A stretch of 64,000 nucleotides of DNA from an uncultured Planctomycetaceae bacterium. GTDB lineage: Bacteria > Planctomycetota > Planctomycetia > Planctomycetales > Planctomycetaceae. Below the pieces are notes generated by a model that was given only the letters and a program-made list of their open reading frames with translations, was not told the origin of the DNA and searched no databases. The DNA is taken from the NCBI GenBank assembly GCA_963976765.1, contig CAXBME010000025.1, forward strand, positions 1 through 64,000, written 5' to 3'. This document shows positions 9,163 to 19,025 of this stretch, in pieces. The translations under genes were made by a program, and so were the position numbers. Position 1 is the first letter of the stretch. Each line of letters opens with the position of its first letter.

Positions 9163-9723
9163 GTGTCCCGGATTTTTCTATCGCTCTGCATGGCCGGTAC
9201 GCTGCTGGTCGCCATCGTGTTTTTCCTCGGTCTGGGAATTGGTGACCCGACTCTCAAAGACCCGGTCGTCCTGCAGAGTATCTCTCGCCACATGCTGCTG
9301 GGCCTTGGCGGGCTGATTTTCGCAGCTCTGGTCCACGCGATCGTGCTGACGTATTTTATGGGCACGGGTCGCTGGATCGAAGAAACTTCGCGAGCATACA
9401 AACTTCCAGAAGACCTCCATGCCCGGAATCAGAAGATCAAATACAAGCTCATGCCCGGCATTACGGCCTGCATTCTGATGCTCGTCCTGACGGGAGCATG
9501 TGGCGCTTCTGCTGACCCGGCAACGAGAGCATGGGGCTATGTCCAGGAGTCGTTTGGCATGGCTCCGTCGACGGTGCACCTCACAATCGCCGTGCTGACA
9601 GTTGTCGTGAATGTGGCTGTGAGCATTTTTGAGTTTCGGTCGATTGAACGGAACGGCGAGATCGTCGAACGCGTCATGAACGAGGTGAACCGGATTCGTA
9701 CCGAACGCGGCCTTCCCGTTTAA
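9163..9723 (+). CDS. Hypothetical membrane protein (about 4 TM helices)
   Basis: 186-aa ORF with four hydrophobic segments, co-directional with its neighbours. Confidence 0.7.
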   Translation: MSRIFLSLCMAGTLLVAIVFFLGLGIGDPTLKDPVVLQSISRHMLLGLGGLIFAALVHAIVLTYFMGTGRWIEETSRAYKLPEDLHARNQKIKYKLMPGITACILMLVLTGACGASADPATRAWGYVQESFGMAPSTVHLTIAVLTVVVNVAVSIFEFRSIERNGEIVERVMNEVNRIRTERGLPV

Positions 9724-9797
9724 GCCACTGACAGAAAATCAGTATCGCGCCGCCCGTCCTTAATCACCAATTCACAACGACAGACTGGAACATCTGA

Positions 9798-11048
9798 ATG
9801 GAACGCGTTGTGAGTTTCGGCGGCCTGTTTATGATGATGGGCCTCGCCTGGGCGATGAGCACCGACCGAAAGAAGATCAACTGCCGGATCGTAGCCGGTG
9901 GTCTCGCTTTGCAGTTTGGACTGGCTCTGCTCGTTCTGAAAACCGACCCCGGACTCGCAACGTTTCAGTGGCTCGGCGACATGTTCAAGAACATGCAGAC
10001 CTTTACCGACGAAGGGTCGAAGCTCGTCTTTGGAGTCAACACCGGCCCTGACGAAACCGGTTACCCGCCGCACGACACGCTGATCCGAACGATTACCTTT
10101 GGCATTCTGCCGACGATCATTTTCTTTTCGTCTATGATGTCCGTTCTTTACTACCTGGGAATCGTGCAGATCGTCGTTCGAGCCATCGCCAGAATCATGC
10201 AATGGACACTGGGAACTTCCGGCGCTGAGACGTTGTCGGCAGCGTCCAACATCTTTGTCGGGCAGACCGAAGCCCCTCTGGTCATTAAGCCTTACCTCCC
10301 GAAGATGACCGAGTCGGAACTGATGGCGCTGATGGTCGGAGGCTTTGCGACGATCGCTGGCGGAGTTCTTGCCGTCTATGTTGGTATGGGTATTAACGCC
10401 GGACACCTGATGACCGCTTCGGTGATCTCGGCTCCGGCCGCGTTACTCATCGCCAAAATCATGGTTCCGGAAGTCGGAACTCCAGAAACCGCTGGCGGAG
10501 CAATCCCCGAAATAAAACGGACGGGCACCAACGTCGTCGAAGCTGCAACACTCGGAGCGACCGATGGTCTGAAACTGGCATTGAATGTGGCGGCTATGCT
10601 GATCGCCTTTACCGCGCTCGTCGCAGCGCTGGACGCGTTGATCGTCTGGGCCGGCGGGCTGTTTCATCTGCAATGGTCGCTGGGGGTACTCCTTGGTTAT
10701 CTCTTTTCGCCCTTTGCCTGGGCAATGGGAATTCCGAATTCAGACATCCGATCCGCAGGCGAACTACTCGGTCTGAAAATGGTCGCCAACGAATTCGTCG
10801 CCTACAGCAAACTGACCGAATGGCAGAAACCTGACTCCGCCGTACAACTTACGGACCGAACGCAGATTATCCTGACTTATGCACTGGCCGGTTTTGCGAA
10901 CTTCGCATCCGTTGGGATTCAAATTGGTGGCATTGGCAGCCTGGTTCCAGAGCGGCAGCAGGACCTGGCAAGAATCGCCGTGAAGGCAATGCTGGGCGGC
11001 ACCCTGGCGTGTTTCATGACGGCGTGCATTGCGGGAATTCTGCTTTAG
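9798..11048 (+). CDS. nupC: Concentrative nucleoside transporter (NupC/CNT family)
   Basis: LPTIIFFSS, NIFVGQTEAPL, GFATIAGGVL, K..ANEFVAY, YALAGFANFASVGIQIGG. Confidence 0.9.
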   Translation: MERVVSFGGLFMMMGLAWAMSTDRKKINCRIVAGGLALQFGLALLVLKTDPGLATFQWLGDMFKNMQTFTDEGSKLVFGVNTGPDETGYPPHDTLIRTITFGILPTIIFFSSMMSVLYYLGIVQIVVRAIARIMQWTLGTSGAETLSAASNIFVGQTEAPLVIKPYLPKMTESELMALMVGGFATIAGGVLAVYVGMGINAGHLMTASVISAPAALLIAKIMVPEVGTPETAGGAIPEIKRTGTNVVEAATLGATDGLKLALNVAAMLIAFTALVAALDALIVWAGGLFHLQWSLGVLLGYLFSPFAWAMGIPNSDIRSAGELLGLKMVANEFVAYSKLTEWQKPDSAVQLTDRTQIILTYALAGFANFASVGIQIGGIGSLVPERQQDLARIAVKAMLGGTLACFMTACIAGILL

Positions 11049-11107
11049 CGAATGAGTGAACGCCACCGTTTCACTCGACATGCCTTACTGACAAACTGAT
11101 TGACTTC

Positions 11108-11128
11108 GTCAGGCTCAGCCTGACCCAC
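11108..11128 (-). repeat. REP-like palindrome upstream of hemL
   Basis: GTCAGGC-TCA-GCCTGAC-CCAC, which is GTGG-headed on the minus strand. Confidence 0.5.
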
Positions 11129-11150
11129 TGAACTGGAAGATTGAAACGAC

Positions 11151-12446
11151 ATGACTGCAATTTCACGAGAGAAAAGTCTGGCACATTTTGCGAAGGCCCA
11201 GAAGCTGATTCCCGGCGGAGTAAACAGCCCGGCTCGCGCGTTTGGCGGAGTTGGTGGCAGCCCGCTGATCATTGATCGCGGCCAGGGTGCCTACCTGTAC
11301 GATATCGATGGAAACCAGTTGATCGACTTCGTCGGCTCATGGGGACCGCACATTCTGGGGCATCAGCATCCGGCTGTCGTCGCGGCTGTCGAGCAAACAT
11401 TGAAGAAGGGAACGAGCTTCGGCGCGCCGACCGAACTCGAAACGGAACTCGCTCAGGTCGTCGTCGATGCCGTTCCGTCGATCGAAAAAGTTCGCATGGT
11501 CAGCTCAGGAACCGAAGCCACGATGAGCGCCATTCGCCTGGCTCGAGGGTTCACTGGTCGAGATCGAATCATCAAATTCGCCGGATGCTACCACGGTCAC
11601 GTTGATAGTCTGCTGGTTCAAGCCGGCAGCGGAGCGTTGACGCTGGGAGTCCCGTCCAGCCCTGGGATCCCCAAAGGCTGCACCGCCGACACGACGGTTC
11701 TGGAATACAACAATCCTCAGCAGCTCAGTGACACGCTGGACAAAATTGGCAGCGAAGTTGCAGCCATCATTCTGGAACCCGTCGTGGGGAACATGGGCTG
11801 CGTTGCCCCCGAACCGGGTTTTCTGGAAGCGTGCCGCGAACTCTGCACGAAGCACGGCATCGTCCTGATTTTTGACGAAGTCATGACCGGTTTCCGAGTC
11901 GCTTACGGCGGTGCTCAGGAACGCTACGGAGTGACTCCCGACATGACGACACTCGGTAAAATCGTCGGCGGCGGCATGCCCGTTGGAGCGTACGGCGGAC
12001 GAGCCGACATCATGGATACTGTTTCGCCAGTCGGTCCGGTTTACCAGGCCGGCACGCTTTCCGGCAATCCGCTGGCGATGGCCTGTGGACTGGCGACGCT
12101 GAAACAACTGCGAGACGACAGTCCGTACGCAAAGCTCGAAGTTCTAACAATGCACCTCTGCGATGCACTCAGCCGAGCCGCTCAGGCAGCCGGTATCAAA
12201 CACTCGATCGGGCAGGTCGGCAGCATGTTCACCCTGTTCTTCAACCCGGAACGAGTCGTCAGCTTTACACAGTCGGAGAAAAATAACACAGACCGATTCG
12301 CGAAATACTTCTGGGGCATGATGGATCGAGGTGTCTATCTGCCGTGCAGCCAGTTCGAAGCGAACTTCGTATCGGCTGCGCACTCGGACGAAGACATCCG
12401 GAATACGATCGACGCCGCAACCGAAGTATTAGGAACTCTGTCGTAG
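11151..12446 (+). CDS. hemL: Glutamate-1-semialdehyde 2,1-aminomutase
   Basis: PGGVNSPARAF, SGTEATMSAIRLAR, GCYHGH, FDEVMTGFR, PLP Lys in TTLGKIVGGGMP, YQAGTLSGNP. Confidence 0.96.
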   Translation: MTAISREKSLAHFAKAQKLIPGGVNSPARAFGGVGGSPLIIDRGQGAYLYDIDGNQLIDFVGSWGPHILGHQHPAVVAAVEQTLKKGTSFGAPTELETELAQVVVDAVPSIEKVRMVSSGTEATMSAIRLARGFTGRDRIIKFAGCYHGHVDSLLVQAGSGALTLGVPSSPGIPKGCTADTTVLEYNNPQQLSDTLDKIGSEVAAIILEPVVGNMGCVAPEPGFLEACRELCTKHGIVLIFDEVMTGFRVAYGGAQERYGVTPDMTTLGKIVGGGMPVGAYGGRADIMDTVSPVGPVYQAGTLSGNPLAMACGLATLKQLRDDSPYAKLEVLTMHLCDALSRAAQAAGIKHSIGQVGSMFTLFFNPERVVSFTQSEKNNTDRFAKYFWGMMDRGVYLPCSQFEANFVSAAHSDEDIRNTIDAATEVLGTLS

Positions 12447-12474
12447 GGTGGTGGTGCCGCTCTTCAATGTCCCT

Positions 12475-15400
12475 TCAGTCCTGATCGTCGAAGACCGGTC
12501 GCAGCAGATTGTCGACGGGCGCGTAGTCGTCGGTCAGGATCAGCCCTCGCGATGTTTCGAGCATGGCGTCCATCTGTCCGGTTGTCGTGCGGCTTCTGTC
12601 TGAAGAAGTATGAAGCGTTGCGAACGGCGGCGTATCCCAGTGTCGTCCGTCGGCGGCCAGTCGCAAGACGTCGATCCGACTCATTGAGGCGACGATGACA
12701 AAAGTGTCTCGGACGTCCGACGGCGTTCCGTGAGCCGTGCTGAAAACGTAAACGTTCGGGAACACCTCGCCGAGCGTCGCGGTGCAGCTGCTGAGGAATC
12801 GTCCGACTCGGGTTTTCTTTGATTGCTCGAAAGCGGCCAGTACGCCGTCTTTGAACTTCTCGCTGCCTGCTCCGGACGCGTCAGCGATTAAGCGATCGCG
12901 CAGGTCAACGGGCATCACTCCTCGAACGGCAAGCCGGTATTTCCCTTCGCGATACGGCAGAACTTCCATGCCGCCGTAACTTTCCGGAGCGAACTGCCAC
13001 TCCAGCACCAGTCCCGGATCAAGCATCAGTGCCCCGGGAAGTCCTGTCGAAAAGATTTCTCCGACCGCCTCTTCATCGCCACAAACTTCTGATTCGGCAT
13101 CGCCGCTTTCGTCTGTGGCAAGCTGTCCTTCACCGATCGCCGTTAACGGCCAGGCGTCGATCACGTTGACCAGATAAACGCCCGAATCTGGATTCAGCAG
13201 AGCCTTTACCTTCTCATTGAATTCCAAAGTTGTCAGATGCCAGGGCACGCTGAAATCGTTAAACGCGTCTCCGTAGACAAAGTCGTAGTGGATCGGTTTC
13301 TCGCCACTGGCAACTCGAACTTTGTTTGCTTTCAGCAGATCGTCGACGACGTTGCGAGCGTCTCCAATCAGTGTTCGAACGGCGGTCTGGCCATCGGGCG
13401 GCAACCCCATCTCTTTCTGAACAGCCAGCTTGACGGCAGGATCCAGTTCGGCGACGTCAATGCGAGACTTGTCCGAAAACTCGGTTTCGATCCAGCGAGG
13501 GAATACGAATCCGCCGCCACCGATGAAGAAGGTGCTGACCTGCCTCGAATCCTTCATCAGCAGATCGACCGCCGTCTTCCAGGTGATACTCTTTCCCGCA
13601 TCGCCGACCGAGCACAGTTTCGTCACGTCGTCCTCATCCAGAACCCGAAACGCGTTCAACGATTTAAAACTTGGCTCGAAGGTCAGCCGGTCCTGAAGAA
13701 ACTCATCGCCGTCCGCCCCCGGCGGAAGTGACGCAACCTCGACTGAACTGAGTCCGCCCCAGAGTGGTTCGCGAGTGTCTGCGGCCAGTTCTTCGACCGC
13801 CAGCCAGAACGATCCGTACGGAGAGGCCTTGATCAACTGCTCACGCCGTTCGAGTGTGAGAACTCCGCGAATCGTGAGTTCGCCCGTATCGAGATCAACC
13901 TTCGCCCAGTCAGGCAGCCTGGCCGCCAGGTCGACTAATCCGTCAAACGGTTCGACGGAAATCGAAGTCTCACGAGACCAGCTGGTGGCAACTCGCTCGG
14001 TTACCTCGGCATAGATTTGCTCGTACTCGTAGTAAAGCTGCGATGGTCGTTCCGGATTGAAATAGCTGTGTACGAGTTTGTCGAGTCGCAACTGCCGGAC
14101 CACTTCGTCGCCTTCCAGTGTGTCGCTGACGTTGACGTACGAGTAATTGCTTTCGTCGTGATACTCGCCGGTTTGATCGCTTCGCAGAAAGCAGTAAAGC
14201 CCCAGCGAGTGCAGGTGGTAACCAATTTCTTCGCCGTGCTCGCGCCACTGGTTGACCGTTTTCCGGTCGATCAACTGCTCGCTGACAACGGCTTCGATCG
14301 ACGCACGCAGTTCGTCGTCGAGCTGATGACGCAGACCGTTGCGAAGCCACTTGCGAAACTGCTCGGTCGCTTCCCTGTCGAGCGGCTCCAGAACTTCAGT
14401 GCTCGTCCGATCGATTAGAGCAGTTCGAGTCACCTTATCGAGTTCATTCCGCTGATCGGCCCCGTACCACTCAGCAAGGTCACCGATCGTGTGATCGCGT
14501 TCTGCTTTCAATCGACCGATAACCTCTCCGACCTCGCCGATCATTCCAGAAGTCACTGATGCCGCAGCCGTCGTTACGACAAGAAACTGCAACCACCCGC
14601 AGCACACCGCCGTTCGAAACAGCAACTGCTTCGACGAAACGGCAACGCCCAGTAGAGCCAGCATTCCTGCCGTGCCGCCAATGATCATTCGAGTTCCAAA
14701 TACATCGATCAGCCAGAAACCGGTGAGGAAAGTACCAATGATCGAACCGAATGCTCCCCAGGCGTAAACATTGCCGACGGTACTGCCGGTGTACTCGCTT
14801 CGGTCCAGAGCGATGCTCGCCACAACGGGCGAGATCGTCCCCAGCGCCAGGGCCGGCAGAAAGAACATTTCGGCGACCGTCAGAAAGACCCACATCGGCC
14901 AGCCCAAGTCGTCAGGACGAGTTCTTCCCGCAGCCAGCTGATCCAGCCACAACACGCTGAGGCTCGCGACGCTGGCCAGCAGAAACAGGCGACCGAGAAT
15001 CTTTTCTCGATCAAACCGGTCGGCCATCCAGCCGCCGACAAAGTTGCCCACCGTGATACCCGCCAGGACGACGCCAATGACCGAGGTCCATGTGTAAAGC
15101 GAGCTGCCAACGTGCTTGGCGATCAGCCGCGACGCCGTCAGTTCCAGAACCATCACGCAGACGCTCGCCACAAACACGATCAGGTTGCAGCCCATCGGAC
15201 TCAAAAATCCCGCTCGTTTCATACGACGTTTTGAAGCTCTTTCCGAAATCTTTGCGCGAGCTGGTTCAATTTTTTCAACGCGATGCCACTCCGGCCCGGC
15301 GGTCTGCCACCCTTCAGGTGGGTTCAGCAGAGAATACTCTTCGCCGGTTGGTGCGGAGGCAGTTGGCCCTTCCGATGTCAGGTCGGCATCGTACGGACGG

Positions 15401-15516
15401 ATCGCCGGGGAAAGCGCATCGTTCGCCCCAGTCTTCAGCGGAATCGTGTTCGGCTCAGAATCGCCTCCGGAACTAACGTCATCGTTTAATGGAGAATCGG
15501 CATCGGTATCAGTCAT
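12475..15516 (-). CDS. Fused membrane domain / spermidine-synthase-like SAM-dependent protein (likely start ATG 15516; ORF extends to 15636)
   Basis: TM region MVLELTASRL..HVGSSLYTWTSVIGVVLAG...GSIIGTFLTGFWLI; SAM-binding FIGGGGF, ELDPAV, GDAR, GDAFND..VPWHLTTLEF; C-terminal LTDDYAPVDNL. Confidence 0.85.
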   Translation of the reverse strand: MTDTDADSPLNDDVSSGGDSEPNTIPLKTGANDALSPAIRPYDADLTSEGPTASAPTGEEYSLLNPPEGWQTAGPEWHRVEKIEPARAKISERASKRRMKRAGFLSPMGCNLIVFVASVCVMVLELTASRLIAKHVGSSLYTWTSVIGVVLAGITVGNFVGGWMADRFDREKILGRLFLLASVASLSVLWLDQLAAGRTRPDDLGWPMWVFLTVAEMFFLPALALGTISPVVASIALDRSEYTGSTVGNVYAWGAFGSIIGTFLTGFWLIDVFGTRMIIGGTAGMLALLGVAVSSKQLLFRTAVCCGWLQFLVVTTAAASVTSGMIGEVGEVIGRLKAERDHTIGDLAEWYGADQRNELDKVTRTALIDRTSTEVLEPLDREATEQFRKWLRNGLRHQLDDELRASIEAVVSEQLIDRKTVNQWREHGEEIGYHLHSLGLYCFLRSDQTGEYHDESNYSYVNVSDTLEGDEVVRQLRLDKLVHSYFNPERPSQLYYEYEQIYAEVTERVATSWSRETSISVEPFDGLVDLAARLPDWAKVDLDTGELTIRGVLTLERREQLIKASPYGSFWLAVEELAADTREPLWGGLSSVEVASLPPGADGDEFLQDRLTFEPSFKSLNAFRVLDEDDVTKLCSVGDAGKSITWKTAVDLLMKDSRQVSTFFIGGGGFVFPRWIETEFSDKSRIDVAELDPAVKLAVQKEMGLPPDGQTAVRTLIGDARNVVDDLLKANKVRVASGEKPIHYDFVYGDAFNDFSVPWHLTTLEFNEKVKALLNPDSGVYLVNVIDAWPLTAIGEGQLATDESGDAESEVCGDEEAVGEIFSTGLPGALMLDPGLVLEWQFAPESYGGMEVLPYREGKYRLAVRGVMPVDLRDRLIADASGAGSEKFKDGVLAAFEQSKKTRVGRFLSSCTATLGEVFPNVYVFSTAHGTPSDVRDTFVIVASMSRIDVLRLAADGRHWDTPPFATLHTSSDRSRTTTGQMDAMLETSRGLILTDDYAPVDNLLRPVFDDQD

Positions 15517-15619
15517 GTGTTGTCCGGAAACGAGAACCAGCAAGGCGGAATCATCGACGACCCGTAGAAGCATTCGAGCATACCAGTCGCCACTCGCCAA
15601 CACCCGCGCAAAGCCTGGC

Positions 15620-16312
15620 TCAAAATGGCAGATCAAGGGAACTGCACAGAAACCTCATGAATGGCGTCGCCGCTTTGAACTTCTTCGTGGCTTCCAGCAG
15701 AAATTTTGGACCGAGAAGCTCATCATCCTCAAGTTTGCACACACCAATGAAGTCTTTCCGTTTCAGGTCGTCGATCATGGGATCGTCAATTTCGAAGCCT
15801 GACGGAGGACGCTTCAGAGAGTCGCCGCTCAGTTCATAAGTCGAGCGGAAAGCTTTCGCGTCGCGTGCACGTTTCCAGTCAGCAGGCTCTTCGGAAATCG
15901 CTCGGCGGATCTGCAACAGAGGTTGTTTGTCTGGTCGCCAGATGCCGGCTCCGATAAAGCAGTCTCCGGGTTCAACGTGAAGGTAGAAACCCGGAGCGTG
16001 AACCGAGCAGCCGGCTTCGTGACGGAAATGAATTCCGATGTTCGTCTTGTATGGCGTCTTGTCTTTGGCGAATCGAGTGTCTTTGTAAATTCTCATCAGC
16101 GATCCGCCCTGCTTCTTCGGGATGGCCTGGAAGCATGGCGAAATCTTCTGTAGGGGTTTCTCGATCGCGGCGATGAAGTCGAGCGATGGGTCGAGGAAAG
16201 CCGACTCGTAGCGGGACTTGTTTTTCTGAAACCAGTCGCGATCGTTGTTTCGCTTCAGCGTCCTGAGAAACTGCAAAGTCTCTTTGGGAAATCCGCCAAA
16301 CGATGCAGTCAT
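15620..16312 (-). CDS. DUF2461 / TIGR02453 family protein (likely start ATG 16312)
   Basis: FL..LKRNNDRDWF, RIYKDTRFAKDKTPYK, GFYLH, LKRPPSGF motifs. Confidence 0.88.
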   Translation of the reverse strand: MTASFGGFPKETLQFLRTLKRNNDRDWFQKNKSRYESAFLDPSLDFIAAIEKPLQKISPCFQAIPKKQGGSLMRIYKDTRFAKDKTPYKTNIGIHFRHEAGCSVHAPGFYLHVEPGDCFIGAGIWRPDKQPLLQIRRAISEEPADWKRARDAKAFRSTYELSGDSLKRPPSGFEIDDPMIDDLKRKDFIGVCKLEDDELLGPKFLLEATKKFKAATPFMRFLCSSLDLPF

Positions 16313-16370
16313 GACAAGAGTCCTTTGCCGCCTGATGAATCCGAGATCGAATTCTTCTGAAAGTTGAACC

Positions 16371-17687
16371 GTGGAACTGTATCCAGAACGAAGCGAAACC
16401 GCCGCCGGCATGGCCGAGGCGATGCAGGCCGGGCTGACGACGAGCGTGCAGATTGTAGAAACGTGCCTGTCACGAATCGACGACCGCGAGTCGGAACTTC
16501 ATACCTGGATCAACGTTGACCGCGAAGGCGCGGTGGAAACTGCTGCGGAGCGGGATCGCGAACGAGCTGCGGGGACAACGCGCGGACCGCTGCACGGAAT
16601 TCCGATCGGCATCAAAGATATCATCGACGTGGCGGGAATGATCACCGGAGCCGGATCGCCGCTCATGTCAAAGGGACCAGTCGCCGAACTGGATGCCGAA
16701 CTGGTCACACGGCTGCGCGATGCCGGAGCGGTGATTCTCGGCAAGACGGTGACGACTCAGTTCGCCTGTTTCGATCCGCCGCCAACTCGAAATCCGTGGA
16801 ACGCAGCTCACACACCGGGCGGATCGTCGAGCGGTTCCGCAGCAGCCGTCGCGGCAGGGATGTGCCCCGTGGCGATCGGCTCTCAGACCGGAGGTTCCAT
16901 CACTCGCCCGGCATCGTTTTGTGGAGTGTTCGGCTGCAAGCCTTCATTCGGCACGGTTTCCATCAACGGAGTTGTGCCCATCGCAAAGTCGCTCGACCAC
17001 CCCGGTCCGATTGCGCGAAGCGTTGAAGATCTCGCGACCGTGCTGTCAGTGATTCAGGGTTCGGCAATCAGCGGACTCGCCGTTTCAGATGCAGATCCCA
17101 CGCCGCCACGAATCGGACGACTGCGGGGCTTTCACGAAGAACTGGTCGATCCCGAACTGAAGGCGTCAATCGATCGAACACTCGATGCCTTCATGACAGC
17201 CGGCTGCCTGGTTTACGACATCGACGTCCCGGACGGCTTCGACAAGCTGGCTGACAACCACAAGTTGATTATGGCGGCTGGAGCTGCGGCGTGGCATCGC
17301 GAACGGTTTGCCGAACATCGCGACGACTATGGGCCGTGCGTAGCATCGCTGATTGAAGAAGGACTCAGCGCGTCCGCGACTGACTACATCAGGGCCCTCG
17401 AACATCAGGCTGTCATGTCCGAGCGGATGAACGCACTGTTCGGTGACGGCCTCGATGTCCTGCTCACGCCAGCCACAACAGGACCGGCTCCGGACAGATC
17501 GTCGACGGGCAATCCGGCGATGAACGCTCCGTGGAGCTACACCGGGCTGCCAACCGTTTCGATGCCGATCGCGTTGTCTGCCGCCGGACTGCCTCTGGCG
17601 ATCCAACTTGCCGGACAGCTACATGGTGACTCTGAGTTGCTTCGCGCGGCGGCATTCTGCGAACAGGTGCTAACGACGACATTTTGA
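16371..17687 (+). CDS. Amidase (amidase signature family)
   Basis: [41 protein letters not shown] (Ser-cisSer-Lys triad). Confidence 0.9.
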   Translation: MELYPERSETAAGMAEAMQAGLTTSVQIVETCLSRIDDRESELHTWINVDREGAVETAAERDRERAAGTTRGPLHGIPIGIKDIIDVAGMITGAGSPLMSKGPVAELDAELVTRLRDAGAVILGKTVTTQFACFDPPPTRNPWNAAHTPGGSSSGSAAAVAAGMCPVAIGSQTGGSITRPASFCGVFGCKPSFGTVSINGVVPIAKSLDHPGPIARSVEDLATVLSVIQGSAISGLAVSDADPTPPRIGRLRGFHEELVDPELKASIDRTLDAFMTAGCLVYDIDVPDGFDKLADNHKLIMAAGAAAWHRERFAEHRDDYGPCVASLIEEGLSASATDYIRALEHQAVMSERMNALFGDGLDVLLTPATTGPAPDRSSTGNPAMNAPWSYTGLPTVSMPIALSAAGLPLAIQLAGQLHGDSELLRAAAFCEQVLTTTF

Positions 17688-17815
17688 TAACCACCGGGTG
17701 AGACAGCATGAGTCGTCGACTGAAGACGATGACCTCTTGCGGCTTCGCCGCCCTGCTTGCGAGCAACCGGAACCACCCGACGACGTAACCGGGGCCGAAG
17801 CCTGTTTTACAATAC

Positions 17816-17853
17816 GAAAAACAGCCCGGCCGCGAAGTGCAACCGGGCTGTTC
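17816..17853 (-). terminator. Intrinsic terminator for the pilin-like gene, possibly bidirectional
   Basis: AACAGCCCGG/CCGGGCTGTT stem with a T run on the minus strand, between convergent genes. Confidence 0.6.
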
Positions 17854-17894
17854 GAGTTCAATCAGTATCGTAATGCCGCGTTCCAGATCACAGC

Positions 17895-18230
17895 TTAGTA
17901 ATTGTAGTCATCGTGGTTGACGTAATCGTCTTCTCCGACGGGTGCCGTGCCGACGATGTCGTACTGGCTGTCGCAATGATCTCGATCATCTTCGAAGCGA
18001 CTTCCAACAATCGAGCCTTTATCTGCGGTCTGGAGGCCTCGGTAAACGTAGCTCTGCTGCATGGCTCCGAAGGCCGAGCCGACGTCTTCGAGTTCCTGGT
18101 TGATCCCGTGCGAAATCTCGGCAAGACCGACGACCAGCGACAACACAGCGATCGTCGAAACCAGGATCAGCTCGGCAGAAATCACGAAACCAGCTTCATC
18201 GTTCAACAGTTGATTCATCAGAGTCTTCAT
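17895..18230 (-). CDS. Flp-type pilin-like small protein (planctomycete family)
   Basis: MKTLMNQLLNDEAG|FVISAELILVSTIAVLSLVVGL: class III-like leader followed by a hydrophobic helix; GGGAG RBS upstream of ATG 18230. Confidence 0.7.
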   Translation of the reverse strand: MKTLMNQLLNDEAGFVISAELILVSTIAVLSLVVGLAEISHGINQELEDVGSAFGAMQQSYVYRGLQTADKGSIVGSRFEDDRDHCDSQYDIVGTAPVGEDDYVNHDDYNY

Positions 18231-18456
18231 AGCTTGTTCTCCCATTTCTCTCAGTTTGGCTTTCTCTCGGTTCTCTCTGTGACCGTTTCTGCAAAGCGTT
18301 GAACCGGAGCTCTCGACACACCGGCTTGCCTGATCAGAAACACAAGGTCGCCGAAAATTTGCAGGCTGGATTCAACCTGACAGGCCTGGTTCGGCGAACG
18401 ATCGGCTCACTGAGTTCGAAGTGTCTTGCTGAGTGAGTCGTTCTGGCATGGTGTAA

Positions 18457-18472
18457 AGCAAGGTGAATGCCA
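18457..18472 (-). promoter_or_regulatory. Candidate sigma-54 (-24/-12) promoter for the pilin-like gene
   Basis: Minus strand TGGCATTCACCTTGCT: GG-N10-GC with both TGGCA and TTGC, about 230 nt upstream of the start codon. Confidence 0.6.
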
Positions 18473-18834
18473 GGCGATTGAAAGCCTGAACGCCAACCCT
18501 GAGAGAAGCACTTAACTGCTGACTCTGCAACGACTAATGCAATTTCGAAAAATCCGCATGAGTTTGCGCCGGCGTAATCAATGATGCCTGAAGTCGACAA
18601 CGGATGCGTCAACGTTGCAGTTTCAGGTTTCCCGAATACAACATTTCGACGGTCGACCTCAATCCGAACGGCAGCTCTGGAGCACTGAACGTGTCGCCTC
18701 GAAGCATTGCCTGTCCGGCTGGTCGCTGCGGCTGCCAATGCGGATCAGTTCTGAAAATGCTCTCACACCTTCGGACATTGCAGATTCGTAACATCGCAGA
18801 AATGTGGCAGGTCGACATTCTCGATCAGCAAACA

Positions 18835-18875
18835 GAAAGCGGCCCGGAGTCGGCAGTCGACTCCGGGCCGCTTTC
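18835..18875. terminator. Strong hairpin / probable terminator downstream of the 19026-19448 gene
   Basis: Perfect 18-bp stem GAAAGCGGCCCGGAGTCG / CGACTCCGGGCCGCTTTC with a 5-nt loop. Confidence 0.65.
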
Positions 18876-19025
18876 GATGCGAAAACAGTCTCAAGAATTT
18901 CTCAGCCCCAACGAGTGTTGCGATTCGTCAGGCAACCCTGCATCCGGTTCCTCATGTCGTTTTTCTACCCGACAGCGCAGCAGACACCGTCAGGGCTTCA
19001 GTCAACTCAATCCTCACGTCGTCAT

